64,000 nucleotides of DNA from an uncultured Gemmatimonadaceae bacterium (GTDB lineage Bacteria; Gemmatimonadota; Gemmatimonadetes; Longimicrobiales; Gaopeijiaceae), in NCBI GenBank assembly GCA_964630935.1, contig CAZVYM010000008.1, forward strand, positions 1,241 to 65,240, written 5' to 3'. Shown piece by piece: positions 55,288 to 64,000 of the stretch (position 1 is the stretch's first letter; the number at the start of each line of letters is the position of its first letter). The translations under genes were made by a program, and so were the position numbers. Below the pieces are notes generated by a model that worked only from the letters and a program-made list of their open reading frames with translations, was not told where the DNA came from and made no database searches.

Positions 55288-56337
55288 ATGAACACACACG
55301 AGCTGCCGCCTCGGGACGAGATGATGCGCGCCTTCATGGCTGCCGACGCCACGTACGAGGGCGTCTTCGTCACCGGGGTCACGACGACCGGGATCTTCTG
55401 CCGACCGAGCTGCTCGGCCCGCAAGCCGAGGCCGGAGAACGTCGAGTTCTTTCCGACGGGCCGCGATGCGCTCACGGCGGGCTACCGACCGTGTCTGCGG
55501 TGCCGGCCCCTGCAGCCTCTGGGCGGTGCGCCCGCCTGGCTGCGTCCGCTCCTGGGGAAGGTCGAAGAGGACCCGAGCCGTCGTTGGCTGGACGCCGACG
55601 TGCGTGCGCTCGACCTGGATCCCGCTCGGGTCCGCCGCTGGTTCAAGCGCCATCACGGCATGACCTTCCACGCCTACGCCCGAGCTCGGCGTCTGGGCGA
55701 TGCGCTCGGCCGCATCCAGCAGGGAGAGACCGTGACGCGCACCGCCTTCGACGCCGGCTACGACTCGCTCTCGGGCTTCAACGAGGCGCTCCGCAAGCTC
55801 ACGGGGCAGGCGGCGACGGCCATCCGCGACGCTCCGCTGGTCCACGTCACGCGGATCTCCACACCGCTCGGACCGATGGTGGCGGCGGCCACCGACGAAG
55901 CGGTATGCCTCCTCGAGTTCGCGGACCGGCGAGCGCTGTCGACGCAGCTCCGGCGGTTGAGCCGCCGGGTGCCGGCCGTGTTCGCACCCGGGGACAATCG
56001 GGTGCTCGAGGCGCTGGGCCGGGAGCTCCACGAGTACTTCACCGGCGAGAGGCTTCGCTTCGACGTTCCGGTGCTCGCCCCCGGGTCGCGGTTCCAGGAG
56101 GCGGTATGGGCCGTGCTGCGCGAGATCCCGGCGGGCCAGACGCGGAGCTACGCGGACGTAGCCCGTGCCATCGGTCGGCCGACGGCCGTGCGTGCCGTGG
56201 CCCGGGCGAACGGCTCCAACCGACTCGCCATCCTCATCCCCTGTCACCGGGTCATCGGCTCGGATGGTTCCTTGACCGGGTACGGCGGCGGCGTGTGGCG
56301 GAAGCGTCGGCTCCTGGACCTGGAGCGCCGTTCGTAG
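55288..56337 (+). CDS. ada: bifunctional Ada-type regulator: methylphosphotriester-DNA methyltransferase / AraC HTH / O6-methylguanine-DNA methyltransferase
   Basis: The N-terminal zinc Cys cluster is present (FCRPSCSARKP ... CLRCRP), followed by an AraC-type HTH. The C-terminal MGMT active site is IPCHRVIG. Confidence 0.9.
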   Translation: MNTHELPPRDEMMRAFMAADATYEGVFVTGVTTTGIFCRPSCSARKPRPENVEFFPTGRDALTAGYRPCLRCRPLQPLGGAPAWLRPLLGKVEEDPSRRWLDADVRALDLDPARVRRWFKRHHGMTFHAYARARRLGDALGRIQQGETVTRTAFDAGYDSLSGFNEALRKLTGQAATAIRDAPLVHVTRISTPLGPMVAAATDEAVCLLEFADRRALSTQLRRLSRRVPAVFAPGDNRVLEALGRELHEYFTGERLRFDVPVLAPGSRFQEAVWAVLREIPAGQTRSYADVARAIGRPTAVRAVARANGSNRLAILIPCHRVIGSDGSLTGYGGGVWRKRRLLDLERRS

Positions 56338-56411
56338 TTGCCCGCAGGCCCTCTCCTTCGCAGCTTGCCGCTTCCACTCGTACCCAGCTGCCGCTCGCGC
56401 GGGAGGACACG

Positions 56412-58097
56412 ATGGGCCGCAAAGAAGATTCCCAGGATCGAATCGCGCTCGACCGTAGGGAGTTCATCAAGGTGGGAGGGCTCGGTGCCGCCGCGCTGGC
56501 GGTCGGCTCTACCGCGTGCTCTCCCGGGACCTCCGATGCCACCAACGGCGATGCGTCGTCTCCCTGGTGGACCCGGGAGTCCTTCGAGCTCGAGGAGACG
56601 ACCCTGGCCCAGCTCCAGGAGGGGATGGCATCGGGTCGGTGGACGGCGCACGACATCACCCAGCTCTACCTCGACCGCATCGGGCGCCTCGATCGGGCGG
56701 GGCCCCAGCTCCGCTCGGTCATCGAGACCAATCCGGACGCGCTCGACATCGCCCAGTCGCTGGACCAGGAGCGGCGCGACGGCAAGGTGCGGGGACCGTT
56801 GCACGGAATCCCGATCCTCGTGAAGGACAATGTCGGTACGGCGGATCACATGACCACGACCGCCGGCTCCCTGGCGCTCGAGGGTTCGATCCCGCCCGAG
56901 GACAGCGGAGTGGCCGCCCGTCTGCGGGCCGCCGGCGCCATCATCCTCGGCAAGGCCAACCTGTCGGAGTGGGCCAACTTCCGCTCGACGCACTCGTCGT
57001 CGGGCTGGAGCGGGCGGGGCGGCCAGTGCGGCAACGCGTACGCCGTCGACCGGAACCCGTGTGGCTCGTCGTCGGGGTCGGGTGCGGCGGCTTCGGCCAA
57101 CTTCTGCTCGGCCGCCATCGGGACCGAGACCGACGGCTCGATCGTCTGCCCCTCCTCCTTGAACGGGGTGGTGGGAATCAAGCCGACGGTCGGACTCGTG
57201 AGCCGCGCGGGCATCATTCCGATCTCGCATGTGCAGGACACCGCAGGCCCGATGGCGCGCACCGTGACGGACGCGGCCGTCCTCCTGGGCGCGCTCACCG
57301 GCGTGGATTCCCGCGACGGCGCGACGAAGGCGTCGCAGGGGCACAGCCAGACCGACTACACGCAGTTCCTCGTCGCGGACGGGCTGCGTGGGACGAGGAT
57401 CGGCGTGGAGCGGAGCTTCTTCGGGCGCGACGCTCGCGTGGACGCGCTCATGGAGGATGCGCTCTCGGTGATGTCGAAGGCGGGTGCGACGATCGTGGAC
57501 CCGGCGAATCTCGAGAATCGTCGCAAGTTCGGCGGGCCGGAGTGGGTCGCGCTCCAGTACGAGTTCAAGGCCGACATCAACGCCTATCTGGCGAGCCTCG
57601 GCCCGGACGCGCCGATGAAGACGCTGGCGGATCTCATCGCCTTCAACGAGGCGAACAAGGACCGCGAGATGCAGTTCTTCGGCCAGGAGACCTTCCTGGC
57701 CTCCGAGGACAGGGGACCGCTCACCGAGAAGGAGTACGTCCAGGCGCGCGCCGACGCCACCCGGTACGCCGGGAAGGAGGGGATCGACGCGCTCATGCAG
57801 AAGCACCGTCTCGACGCGATCGTCGCGCCTACGTCCGCGCCGGCCTGGACCACCGACCTGGTCAACGGCGACTCGAACGCGTGGGGAAGCTCGTCACCGG
57901 CAGCGGTGTCGGGATACCCGAACATCACCGTGCCGAACGGATTCATTCACGGGCTGCCCGTGGGGATCTCGTTCTTCGGACGCGCGTGGAGCGAGCCGAC
58001 CCTGCTCAAGATCGCCTTCGCCTACGAGCAGGCGACGCACCACCGAACCGCGCCCAAGCTGCTTCCCAGCCTCGACTTGAGAGACGAGGTGGCGTAG
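56412..58097 (+). CDS. exported amidase-signature (AS) family amidase
   Basis: ATG 56412 follows GGGAGGA. It has a Tat-like signal (DRREFIKVGGLGAAALAVG), the catalytic Lys block ILVKDN and the AS block GSSSGSGAA with TETDGSI. Confidence 0.9.
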   Translation: MGRKEDSQDRIALDRREFIKVGGLGAAALAVGSTACSPGTSDATNGDASSPWWTRESFELEETTLAQLQEGMASGRWTAHDITQLYLDRIGRLDRAGPQLRSVIETNPDALDIAQSLDQERRDGKVRGPLHGIPILVKDNVGTADHMTTTAGSLALEGSIPPEDSGVAARLRAAGAIILGKANLSEWANFRSTHSSSGWSGRGGQCGNAYAVDRNPCGSSSGSGAAASANFCSAAIGTETDGSIVCPSSLNGVVGIKPTVGLVSRAGIIPISHVQDTAGPMARTVTDAAVLLGALTGVDSRDGATKASQGHSQTDYTQFLVADGLRGTRIGVERSFFGRDARVDALMEDALSVMSKAGATIVDPANLENRRKFGGPEWVALQYEFKADINAYLASLGPDAPMKTLADLIAFNEANKDREMQFFGQETFLASEDRGPLTEKEYVQARADATRYAGKEGIDALMQKHRLDAIVAPTSAPAWTTDLVNGDSNAWGSSSPAAVSGYPNITVPNGFIHGLPVGISFFGRAWSEPTLLKIAFAYEQATHHRTAPKLLPSLDLRDEVA

Positions 58098-58130
58098 AAG
58101 AACCCTCACCGCTCGCACCGCCGGAGGGGG

Positions 58131-58613
58131 TCACGGACCGTCCGAGGAGGGGGGGGCGGGTCCGGACGTGGGGGGCAGACAGAACATCTTCCCCACACCC
58201 GCGGGGAGCGGGTCGGCGTTCGTCCCGTCCACGTATCCCACCGCCCCCTTCGTGCGTGCGACGAACAGCAGCACGGCCTCCTCCGAAGCGACGCTCACGG
58301 GGGGACGGGTCCCGTGGAAGTACCGCTCGTCCCAATAGGACGCGAGGTCGCGCACCGACGTTTGCAGCACGGCGAGCGAGAACCGCTCCCTGATGGGCGA
58401 CGACGCGGGGAGGTTGACCGGACGAGCAGGAGTCCCGTCAGGCCAGAAACGTTGGCGCAGCATGAAGATGCGCCGGACCAGAATGACGTCCGTGCCCAGC
58501 GTGTCCTCCGGCATGTGCGCGATGACGCACAAGGAGTCGGCTGCGGCGGACGACGGTGGACGGGTGCCCCCCGCCCCCGCGCTCAGAAGAGCGACGAGAA
58601 GGAGACGAACCAT
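58131..58613 (-). CDS. small periplasmic protein resembling half of a PstS-type (PBP-like_2) substrate-binding fold
   Basis: ATG 58613 and signal peptide MVRLLLVALLSAGAGG. The core is VILVRRIFMLRQRFWPDGTPARPVNLPASSPIRERFSLAVL ... AVGYV. It is only 160 aa. Confidence 0.6.
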   Translation of the reverse strand: MVRLLLVALLSAGAGGTRPPSSAAADSLCVIAHMPEDTLGTDVILVRRIFMLRQRFWPDGTPARPVNLPASSPIRERFSLAVLQTSVRDLASYWDERYFHGTRPPVSVASEEAVLLFVARTKGAVGYVDGTNADPLPAGVGKMFCLPPTSGPAPPSSDGP

Positions 58614-59692
58614 CCGTCCGGGACGCGGTGCGAGTATCGGCTGGTGAACTGGTGCCCGACCTTCACGACCAGATGGGGCCCGTGGCGATAGGTGAGACCA
58701 CCGTAGCCCGTGGTGACCTCGCGGCCGTCCACCGGACTGTAGACTTCGCCCTTGCCGACGCCCCACAGCGAGCCGACGAGCCGGAGGGCGCCGAGCAGGT
58801 ACGCTCCTCCTTCGTATGGCTCCTCGCCGTTGGGAAAGAGCCAGTTGCCCTCGGCCAGGATCTCCGCCCTGGTGCTCGTCCAGCGGAGGTCGGCGCCGAG
58901 GAGCGTCCGGTCCACGGGGTCCTCCTCCAGCTCCACGGGCTCCGCCAGACTGTCGTTGAGCAGAAGGGGCCTCGACCGCTTGAGCACGGCCATGCTCAGG
59001 CCGAGATAGAGGTCGGGATGGATCTCGGAAGCGACACGCGCGCCGATGGCCTGGACGAAGGAGCTCTCCTCCGAGGACTCGATGTCGTGGTCGAAGTCCA
59101 GGCCCGGGGCCCAGAAGAGCGCATACCCCGTGTCGTGTCCTTTCAGGGAGCCCTCGCCTGCCAGCAGGACCCCGGTCAGGCTCTTCGCGAACGGTCGGTA
59201 CGTAGCCAGGGGGCGCATCGGCGTCCACGTGAGCGGCTCCGCGTGGATCTCGTTCCACTGGCCGATGGGGGTCAGGAAGCGTCCCACCCGGAGGCGGAGC
59301 AGGTCGTTGGCCGCGTATTCCAGGTAAAGGCGGACCGGAATCAGGTCGTGCTCGGCCTCCCGACCGGTCCACGTTTCGTACGTACGCTTGGCCATGTCCA
59401 TCTCGACGAAATAGCTTGCTCGTGTCGAGATCTCGCCCCACGCCATGAGCGCCGCCGCCAGCTCGCTGACGTCGTAGCGCTTTCCGTCCACGGTCGGACG
59501 CGTGGGGCGGTTGAACGTGACGCTCGCGTAGCCACCCCATACGAACGGCGCCCCGGCGGTCACGGCCGGGGCGGGAAGCTGAGCGGTGACCGGGTGTACC
59601 AGGACCAGCAAGGCGGCGAGGCCCGCCCCGAGAACGGAAGCCCACCGGAGCCGGGAGGTCCCGGCGGAGGAGAGCGCGCGTCGCTGGTGCAC
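58583..59692 (-). CDS. outer-membrane beta-barrel protein (porin-like)
   Basis: GTG 59692 gives the signal peptide (M)HQRRALSSAGTSRLRWASVLGAGLAALLVLVHPVTAQ. It has alternating beta-strand patterning and ends in the aromatic residue typical of OMPs (VSFSSLF). Confidence 0.7.
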   Translation of the reverse strand: MHQRRALSSAGTSRLRWASVLGAGLAALLVLVHPVTAQLPAPAVTAGAPFVWGGYASVTFNRPTRPTVDGKRYDVSELAAALMAWGEISTRASYFVEMDMAKRTYETWTGREAEHDLIPVRLYLEYAANDLLRLRVGRFLTPIGQWNEIHAEPLTWTPMRPLATYRPFAKSLTGVLLAGEGSLKGHDTGYALFWAPGLDFDHDIESSEESSFVQAIGARVASEIHPDLYLGLSMAVLKRSRPLLLNDSLAEPVELEEDPVDRTLLGADLRWTSTRAEILAEGNWLFPNGEEPYEGGAYLLGALRLVGSLWGVGKGEVYSPVDGREVTTGYGGLTYRHGPHLVVKVGHQFTSRYSHRVPDGWFVSFSSLF

Positions 59693-61399
59693 CGTGTCGA
59701 GTCCTTGCCTGATCGTGCGGCGGGTGGCCCGCCCTGGTTCGGTTCTCTGGGCCAGAGGCTGGCGCTTCTGCTCGCCGCGCTCATGGTCGTGGCAACCGTG
59801 GCCTTCGCCGTGCGCGAATATCGCGTGGGCAGGGAGCGGCTGGTAGACGAAACCTATCATACCCTCCGGGCGAGCGCGGGCGTGGCCGCAGAGCGTCTGA
59901 GCGCGGCGCTGGCCGAACGAGAGCGCCTGACGTCGGTCTGGGCGGGTCTCGAGACCTCGCAGGACCTGGCCGTGGACGACGTGGACAAGCGCCTGTCCGG
60001 CTCCCTCGCCGAGCTGACGGCCATGCTGGACGAGGGCACCGAAGCCGTGGCGATCCGCCCACCGGACCGGTTGCTCTCGGCCTCCGACGCGGCACGACTG
60101 GCGGGCGCGGCCTCGCCCCTGCCTGCGGTGGTCGTGCAGGCCGTGGACGCGCCCGAGGCGGGTCTCACCATCCATGGCGCCGGCTCCGACGGCGGAACGG
60201 TGGTGTCCACCGCGGACGTCACGTCCCGCGTGGATGGAAGCAAGCTCGGTCGCATCGCCGTATGGACCCCGCTCGGACGCTTCCTGGCCGGGGCGCTTCC
60301 TCTCGAGCTCGAGACCCTCGAGCTGCGCGCCGCCGACGGCTCCGTGCTGTTCCGGGGAGCCGACGTGCGGGGACCTTCCGCGGACTACCTCTGGGCCAGC
60401 GACACCGCGCAGACCGCGGCCGGCGCCCTGAGCGTGAGCGTCGCCAGAGCGCGCGTCGAGCTGACGACCGAGCTTCGTACGAACGCGCGGCAGCTCGTCA
60501 CGCTGGCCGCCGTGTTCTTGCTGCTCACGCTGCCCGGCACGCTCCTCGTGGTGCGCTCCGCTACGTCCGAGCTCGGGCGTTTGACACGGGCGGCCCGGGA
60601 GCTCGACGCGCACAGCCCGGAAGCCCTGCCGCCCGTCTCCCGCTGGGCTCCGCGGGAGGTTCGGGTGCTGGCCGACGCCATCGACGCCATGATCGTTCGC
60701 CTCGGCCAGGCCAGGGAGGAGCTCGCACGCAGCGAGTCCCTGGCGGCGATCGGCATGCTGACCAAGAGTCTGGCACACGAGATCCGCACGCCGCTGTCGG
60801 TCCTGCGGGCGGGCACCGAGATGCTCGCCCGCTCGTCGCAGTCGGATGCGCGCCAGCGTGAGGTCAGCGAGATGCTCCAGATGGAAGTCGAGCGTCTCGC
60901 CCGGCTGGTCGACGATCTCCTGGTGTTCGGGCGACCATCCCCTCCGGTGCCGTCGGAGATGGACCTGCGCGACGTGTGCGAAGACGCGCTCTCCGCCCTG
61001 GAGGCCGAGGCCGCCGAGGTGCAGGTCGGGCTCTCGCTCGACGGTGGACCCGCCTCTCTGAGAGGGGATGCGGACAAACTGCGGCAGGTCGTGGTCAATC
61101 TGGTGGTCAACGCCGTGCGCGCATGCGAGGGAGGGGGCACGGTCGTCGTGCGGACGGCACGCTCGAACGATACCGTGTCGCTCGAGGTGGAGGACGACGG
61201 GGTCGGTATTCCCCCGGAGCGCCTCTCCGAGATCTGGACGCCGCTCTTCACGACCCATGCGTCCGGGACGGGGCTCGGACTTCCGATCGTGAAGCAGTTG
61301 GTTGAGGCTCATGATGGAACCGTCGAGGTTGAGAGCGAGCCTGGGCACGGAACGTGCGTACGCGTGACCCTACCGAAGAACGGACCGGAGAACGGATGA
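59687..61399 (+). CDS. sensor histidine kinase (two TM helices, periplasmic domain of about 240 aa, HAMP-like linker, HisKA, HATPase_c)
   Basis: H-box SLAHEIRTPL, N-box VVNLVVNAVRA, G1 DDGVGI and G2 GTGLGLPIV are present. The start is uncertain (GTG 59687 or TTG 59705). Confidence 0.85.
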   Translation: MHRVESLPDRAAGGPPWFGSLGQRLALLLAALMVVATVAFAVREYRVGRERLVDETYHTLRASAGVAAERLSAALAERERLTSVWAGLETSQDLAVDDVDKRLSGSLAELTAMLDEGTEAVAIRPPDRLLSASDAARLAGAASPLPAVVVQAVDAPEAGLTIHGAGSDGGTVVSTADVTSRVDGSKLGRIAVWTPLGRFLAGALPLELETLELRAADGSVLFRGADVRGPSADYLWASDTAQTAAGALSVSVARARVELTTELRTNARQLVTLAAVFLLLTLPGTLLVVRSATSELGRLTRAARELDAHSPEALPPVSRWAPREVRVLADAIDAMIVRLGQAREELARSESLAAIGMLTKSLAHEIRTPLSVLRAGTEMLARSSQSDARQREVSEMLQMEVERLARLVDDLLVFGRPSPPVPSEMDLRDVCEDALSALEAEAAEVQVGLSLDGGPASLRGDADKLRQVVVNLVVNAVRACEGGGTVVVRTARSNDTVSLEVEDDGVGIPPERLSEIWTPLFTTHASGTGLGLPIVKQLVEAHDGTVEVESEPGHGTCVRVTLPKNGPENG

Positions 61400-62742
61400 G
61401 CGAGACACTCCTGGTGGTCGACGACGAGCCCCGCATCCGGCGCATCGTGGAGATGGCGCTGGAAGATCGGGGCTTCGACGTGATCACGGCGGCGTCCGCC
61501 GAGGAAGCCCACGACCTGATGGCGAAGCAGGCCGTGGACCTGGTCGTGGCCGACCTCCAGCTCCCGGGCCGATCGGGCCTGGAGCTCCTGGCCGACGTCC
61601 GCCGTGAGCGGCCCGAAGTACCCGTCATCCTGATCACGGCGTACGGCACGGTCGAGAGTGCCGTGGAAGCGATCAAGGCCGGGGCCTTCGACTACGTCCT
61701 CAAGCCCTTCGGGATGGAGGAGCTGGAGGCGCTCATCGTGAGGGCGCTCGAGGAGCGGCGTGCCGTCGTCGAGGCCGCGAACCTCGAGGAGGTCGTCGGA
61801 CCCGATGCGCGCGGGATCGTGGCGGAGAGTCCGGGGATGGGACGCGTGCTCGGCTTGGTGAGGCAGGTGGCGACGCAGCCCACCACGGTGCTCGTGACCG
61901 GCGAGACCGGTGTCGGCAAGGAGGTCGTGGCTCGCGCGCTTCACCACCGGTCGGGTCGCCACGACCGGCCGTTCGTGGCCGTCAACTGCGCCGCGATCCC
62001 GGGAGAGCTGCTCGAGGCCGAGCTCTTCGGCGCGTCGCGCGGCGCCTACACGGGATCGATCAAGGATCGGCCGGGCAAGGTGGAGGTCGCCGACGGAGGC
62101 ACGCTCTTCCTCGACGAGATCGGCGACATGCCGCTCTCGCTGCAGCCCAAGCTCCTGCGCGCGCTCGAGGAAGGCACCGTCGAGCGGCTCGGATCGAACG
62201 TGACACGCAAGGTCGACGTGCGGGTGATCGCCGCGACGCACCAGGACCTGGAAGCTCTGGTCGAGCAGGGGCGCTTCCGCCGCGACCTTTACTATCGGAT
62301 CAACGTGTTTCCGGTCCACATTCCGCCGCTGCGCGAACGCAGGGAGGACATCGATCACCTGGTGAACCTGGCGCTCGATCGCTTCGGGTCCCGGCTGAAC
62401 GTGAACGCCCGGCTCGGGCCCGGGGTGATGGACAGGCTCCGGACCTACCACTGGCCCGGCAACGTGCGGGAGCTCATGAACGTGGTGGAGCGCGCGGTGA
62501 TCCTCTCCGACGACGGGCTCGTCGACCAGGAGCATCTCGAGCTCTATCCGGCCGGTAAGGGAACGGTCCGCGGCGGAGCCGACGGCGTCGTGCCACTCAG
62601 TGACGCCGTGGCCTCGGCGGAGCGCGCCGCCATCCAGGCGGCGCTCGAGCGCACCGGGGACAACAAGACCCAGGCCGCTCGCCTGCTGGGCATCAGCGTC
62701 CGCACGCTCTGGTACAAGCTCGAGAAGCTCGACCTGCGCTGA
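61396..62742 (+). CDS. sigma54-dependent (NtrC-family) response regulator: receiver + AAA+ + Fis-type HTH
   Basis: ATGA overlap with the kinase stop. The receiver Asp is in VVADLQLPG. Walker A is GETGVGKE and Walker B is GTLFLDEIG. The GAFTGA position reads GAYTGS. The C-terminal HTH is [20 protein letters not shown]. Confidence 0.9.
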   Translation: MSETLLVVDDEPRIRRIVEMALEDRGFDVITAASAEEAHDLMAKQAVDLVVADLQLPGRSGLELLADVRRERPEVPVILITAYGTVESAVEAIKAGAFDYVLKPFGMEELEALIVRALEERRAVVEAANLEEVVGPDARGIVAESPGMGRVLGLVRQVATQPTTVLVTGETGVGKEVVARALHHRSGRHDRPFVAVNCAAIPGELLEAELFGASRGAYTGSIKDRPGKVEVADGGTLFLDEIGDMPLSLQPKLLRALEEGTVERLGSNVTRKVDVRVIAATHQDLEALVEQGRFRRDLYYRINVFPVHIPPLRERREDIDHLVNLALDRFGSRLNVNARLGPGVMDRLRTYHWPGNVRELMNVVERAVILSDDGLVDQEHLELYPAGKGTVRGGADGVVPLSDAVASAERAAIQAALERTGDNKTQAARLLGISVRTLWYKLEKLDLR

Positions 62743-62789
62743 AGGGCGCGAGGCGTCTCCAGCCCCCGTGAGCGCCCAGCCCGGAGAGG

Positions 62790-63284
62790 CTACGCCTTGA
62801 TCGTGAGCGTGCCGGCCTGCGCGTCGTAGGTCGTCTGGTAGGACCGCAGGTTCCCCGTGGGCTGACCTCCCTGCCAGTTCCCCTGGATGCCGAAGCGAGC
62901 CCCGTGGACCGTGCACACGAACTGATTTCCGGTCCACTGCACCAGTCCACCCTGGTGGGGGCAGACGAGCGAATAGGCGCCGTAGTGGCTGCTGCCCAGG
63001 TTGGCTACGGCCAGGGGAAAGCCGTTCTCGTTCAGGCCGATGACGCCGCCCTGTTGGGCCAGGTTCGGATAGTCCGAGAGCTTGATGGTCACATCGCCGC
63101 CGAGGCTCGGTCCGGTCGGGGAGCCGAGATTGCTGCACGAAGCCGCCAGGACCGACAGCACGGCGATGCGGACACTCTCCGTGAGGAAGCCGCGGCGATC
63201 CACACCGGCACGGCCGACGTGCTCCTCGCGGGCGCCCAGCATGGGCAGGGACAGGCTCCTGGATAGGGTGTTCTCGTTGCTCAT
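62790..63284 (-). CDS. Tat-exported Rieske [2Fe-2S] protein
   Basis: ATG 63284 overlaps the upstream stop (ATGA). It has a twin-arginine signal (DRRGFLTES) and a Rieske motif: CPH (LVCPHQG) ... C-x2-H (CTVHG). Confidence 0.8.
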   Translation of the reverse strand: MSNENTLSRSLSLPMLGAREEHVGRAGVDRRGFLTESVRIAVLSVLAASCSNLGSPTGPSLGGDVTIKLSDYPNLAQQGGVIGLNENGFPLAVANLGSSHYGAYSLVCPHQGGLVQWTGNQFVCTVHGARFGIQGNWQGGQPTGNLRSYQTTYDAQAGTLTIKA

Positions 63285-63829
63285 GGCGCGGGCACCTCCG
63301 CTGCGGCCCAGCCTTTGGGGTTGTCGTCGCTGTGGAAGACCGTGCTCTTGTCCACCACGATCTGCCCGTTCTGGATCGAGATGGCGTAGCGATCCATGTT
63401 GCGCGTGGCGCGTCCTTTGATGTAGACGCCGGTCGGCGAGTACTCCGAGTGGTGCTTCGAGCACCGGAAGATCTGGTCCTTTTCACGCCAGTGCAGCATC
63501 GCCCGCTGGTGCGGGCACGACAGGGCGAACGCGGCGAGCATCCCCTGGTAACGCACCAGGATGATCTCCTGGTCGCGATCGATGTGGACCCCGTCCTCCG
63601 TGGGAACCGGATAGCGAGGCTCGTCGTCGGTGCCCCCCGTCGCCCGGATCCAGCGGACCGGTGCGGCGGCAAGCGCCTCGGGCAGGGTGGCCAGGACGGC
63701 GGCGGCCGCCACCGTCGCGCCCAGACCGATCCTGAAGAACTCCCGTCGCCCGAGGCACGAGCCGCACATGTCGTAGGTCTCGTCCGGCGCTTCGCCGGCC
63801 TCGACCGTCGGCAGCTTCAACATCGTCAT
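63281..63829 (-). CDS. Tat-exported Rieske [2Fe-2S] protein
   Basis: ATG 63829 (alternative 63769). It has a twin-arginine signal (GRREFFRIG) and a Rieske motif: CPH (SCPHQR) ... C-x2-H (CSKHH). Confidence 0.8.
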   Translation of the reverse strand: MTMLKLPTVEAGEAPDETYDMCGSCLGRREFFRIGLGATVAAAAVLATLPEALAAAPVRWIRATGGTDDEPRYPVPTEDGVHIDRDQEIILVRYQGMLAAFALSCPHQRAMLHWREKDQIFRCSKHHSEYSPTGVYIKGRATRNMDRYAISIQNGQIVVDKSTVFHSDDNPKGWAAAEVPAP

Positions 63830-63896
63830 ATCACTCGAATCTCCTTCAGCGAGGCGTCCAGCGTGAGGCGCCTCGGCTCGATCGTCGTACATGGGG

Positions 63897-64000
63897 TCAG
63901 CCGTACACCGTCAGGGCCACGCCGGCGAGAACCGTCACCGCCCAGAGCCCCATGCTCCTGACCGCGGCCCTCCGCAGCCGCCGAAAGGCGACCGGGGCGT
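63897..64000 (-). CDS. partial CDS (C-terminus only, runs off the right edge): membrane protein tail
   Basis: Reverse-strand reading ends ...RRLRRAAVRSMGLWAVTVLAGVALTVYG followed by TGA (63897-63899). This is 65 nt upstream of the first Rieske gene on the same strand. It is too short to assign a family. Confidence 0.3.
   Translation of the reverse strand, partial: APVAFRRLRRAAVRSMGLWAVTVLAGVALTVYG

Noticed and set aside
58149-58156. A G8 homopolymer that could be a slipped-strand phase-variation switch.
   Set aside because: It lies within the last ~9 codons of the small PBP-like gene. A frameshift there would change only the extreme C-terminal tail. Nothing in the sequence supports on/off control.
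1-64000. A search for CRISPR arrays, tRNA/rRNA genes, IS elements, integrases, restriction-modification genes, toxin-antitoxin genes or known phage-defence genes.
   Set aside because: I saw no regularly spaced repeats, no cloverleaf-like segments in the short intergenic regions, and no transposase, recombinase or nuclease signatures. The window looks like core chromosome rather than an accessory island. The CPBP/Abi-type protein is the only family with a loose link to immunity.

Overview
GC-rich (roughly two-thirds G+C) bacterial chromosomal segment. I call about 55 protein-coding genes. I found no rRNA, tRNA, CRISPR array, transposase, integrase or prophage genes. The many long antisense ORFs in the six-frame track (up to about 1170 aa) are GC-content artefacts, and I separated real genes from them by recognisable family motifs. 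Coding density is high, and many genes are translationally coupled through ATGA, GTGA or TTGA overlaps. The content is mostly core or housekeeping: mutS, holA, ddl, trxA, apgM, ada, a cystathionine beta-synthase, a bifunctional formimidoyltransferase-cyclodeaminase, a vertebrate-like N-acetylglutamate synthase/kinase, and two ECF-type sigma / zinc anti-sigma pairs. There is also a large exported proteolysis set: M28, four M16 genes, S46, rhomboid, a CPBP protease and an amidase. This repertoire and composition resemble Gemmatimonadota-like genomes, but I cannot verify that. I see no clear defence island or mobile element. The candidates most worth a second look are listed here. (1) An insertion with a classical C2H2 zinc-finger spacing inside the formimidoyltransferase domain. 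(2) An EF-G paralog whose catalytic His and NKxD motif are replaced (DTPGY, SMMD). (3) A 1136-aa internally duplicated membrane protein carrying one CPBP protease core. (4) A four-gene M16 operon encoding one exported and one cytoplasmic active/inactive pair. (5) A VIT-vWA protein coupled to an ECF sigma/anti-sigma pair. (6) A porin plus half-size periplasmic-binding protein placed head-to-head, with no intergenic spacer, against a histidine kinase / sigma54-type activator pair. (7) An MscS channel coupled to a Ycf46-like AAA+ ATPase. (8) Several structured or AT-rich non-coding islands. All functional calls rest on motif recognition by eye. Start codons are best guesses.
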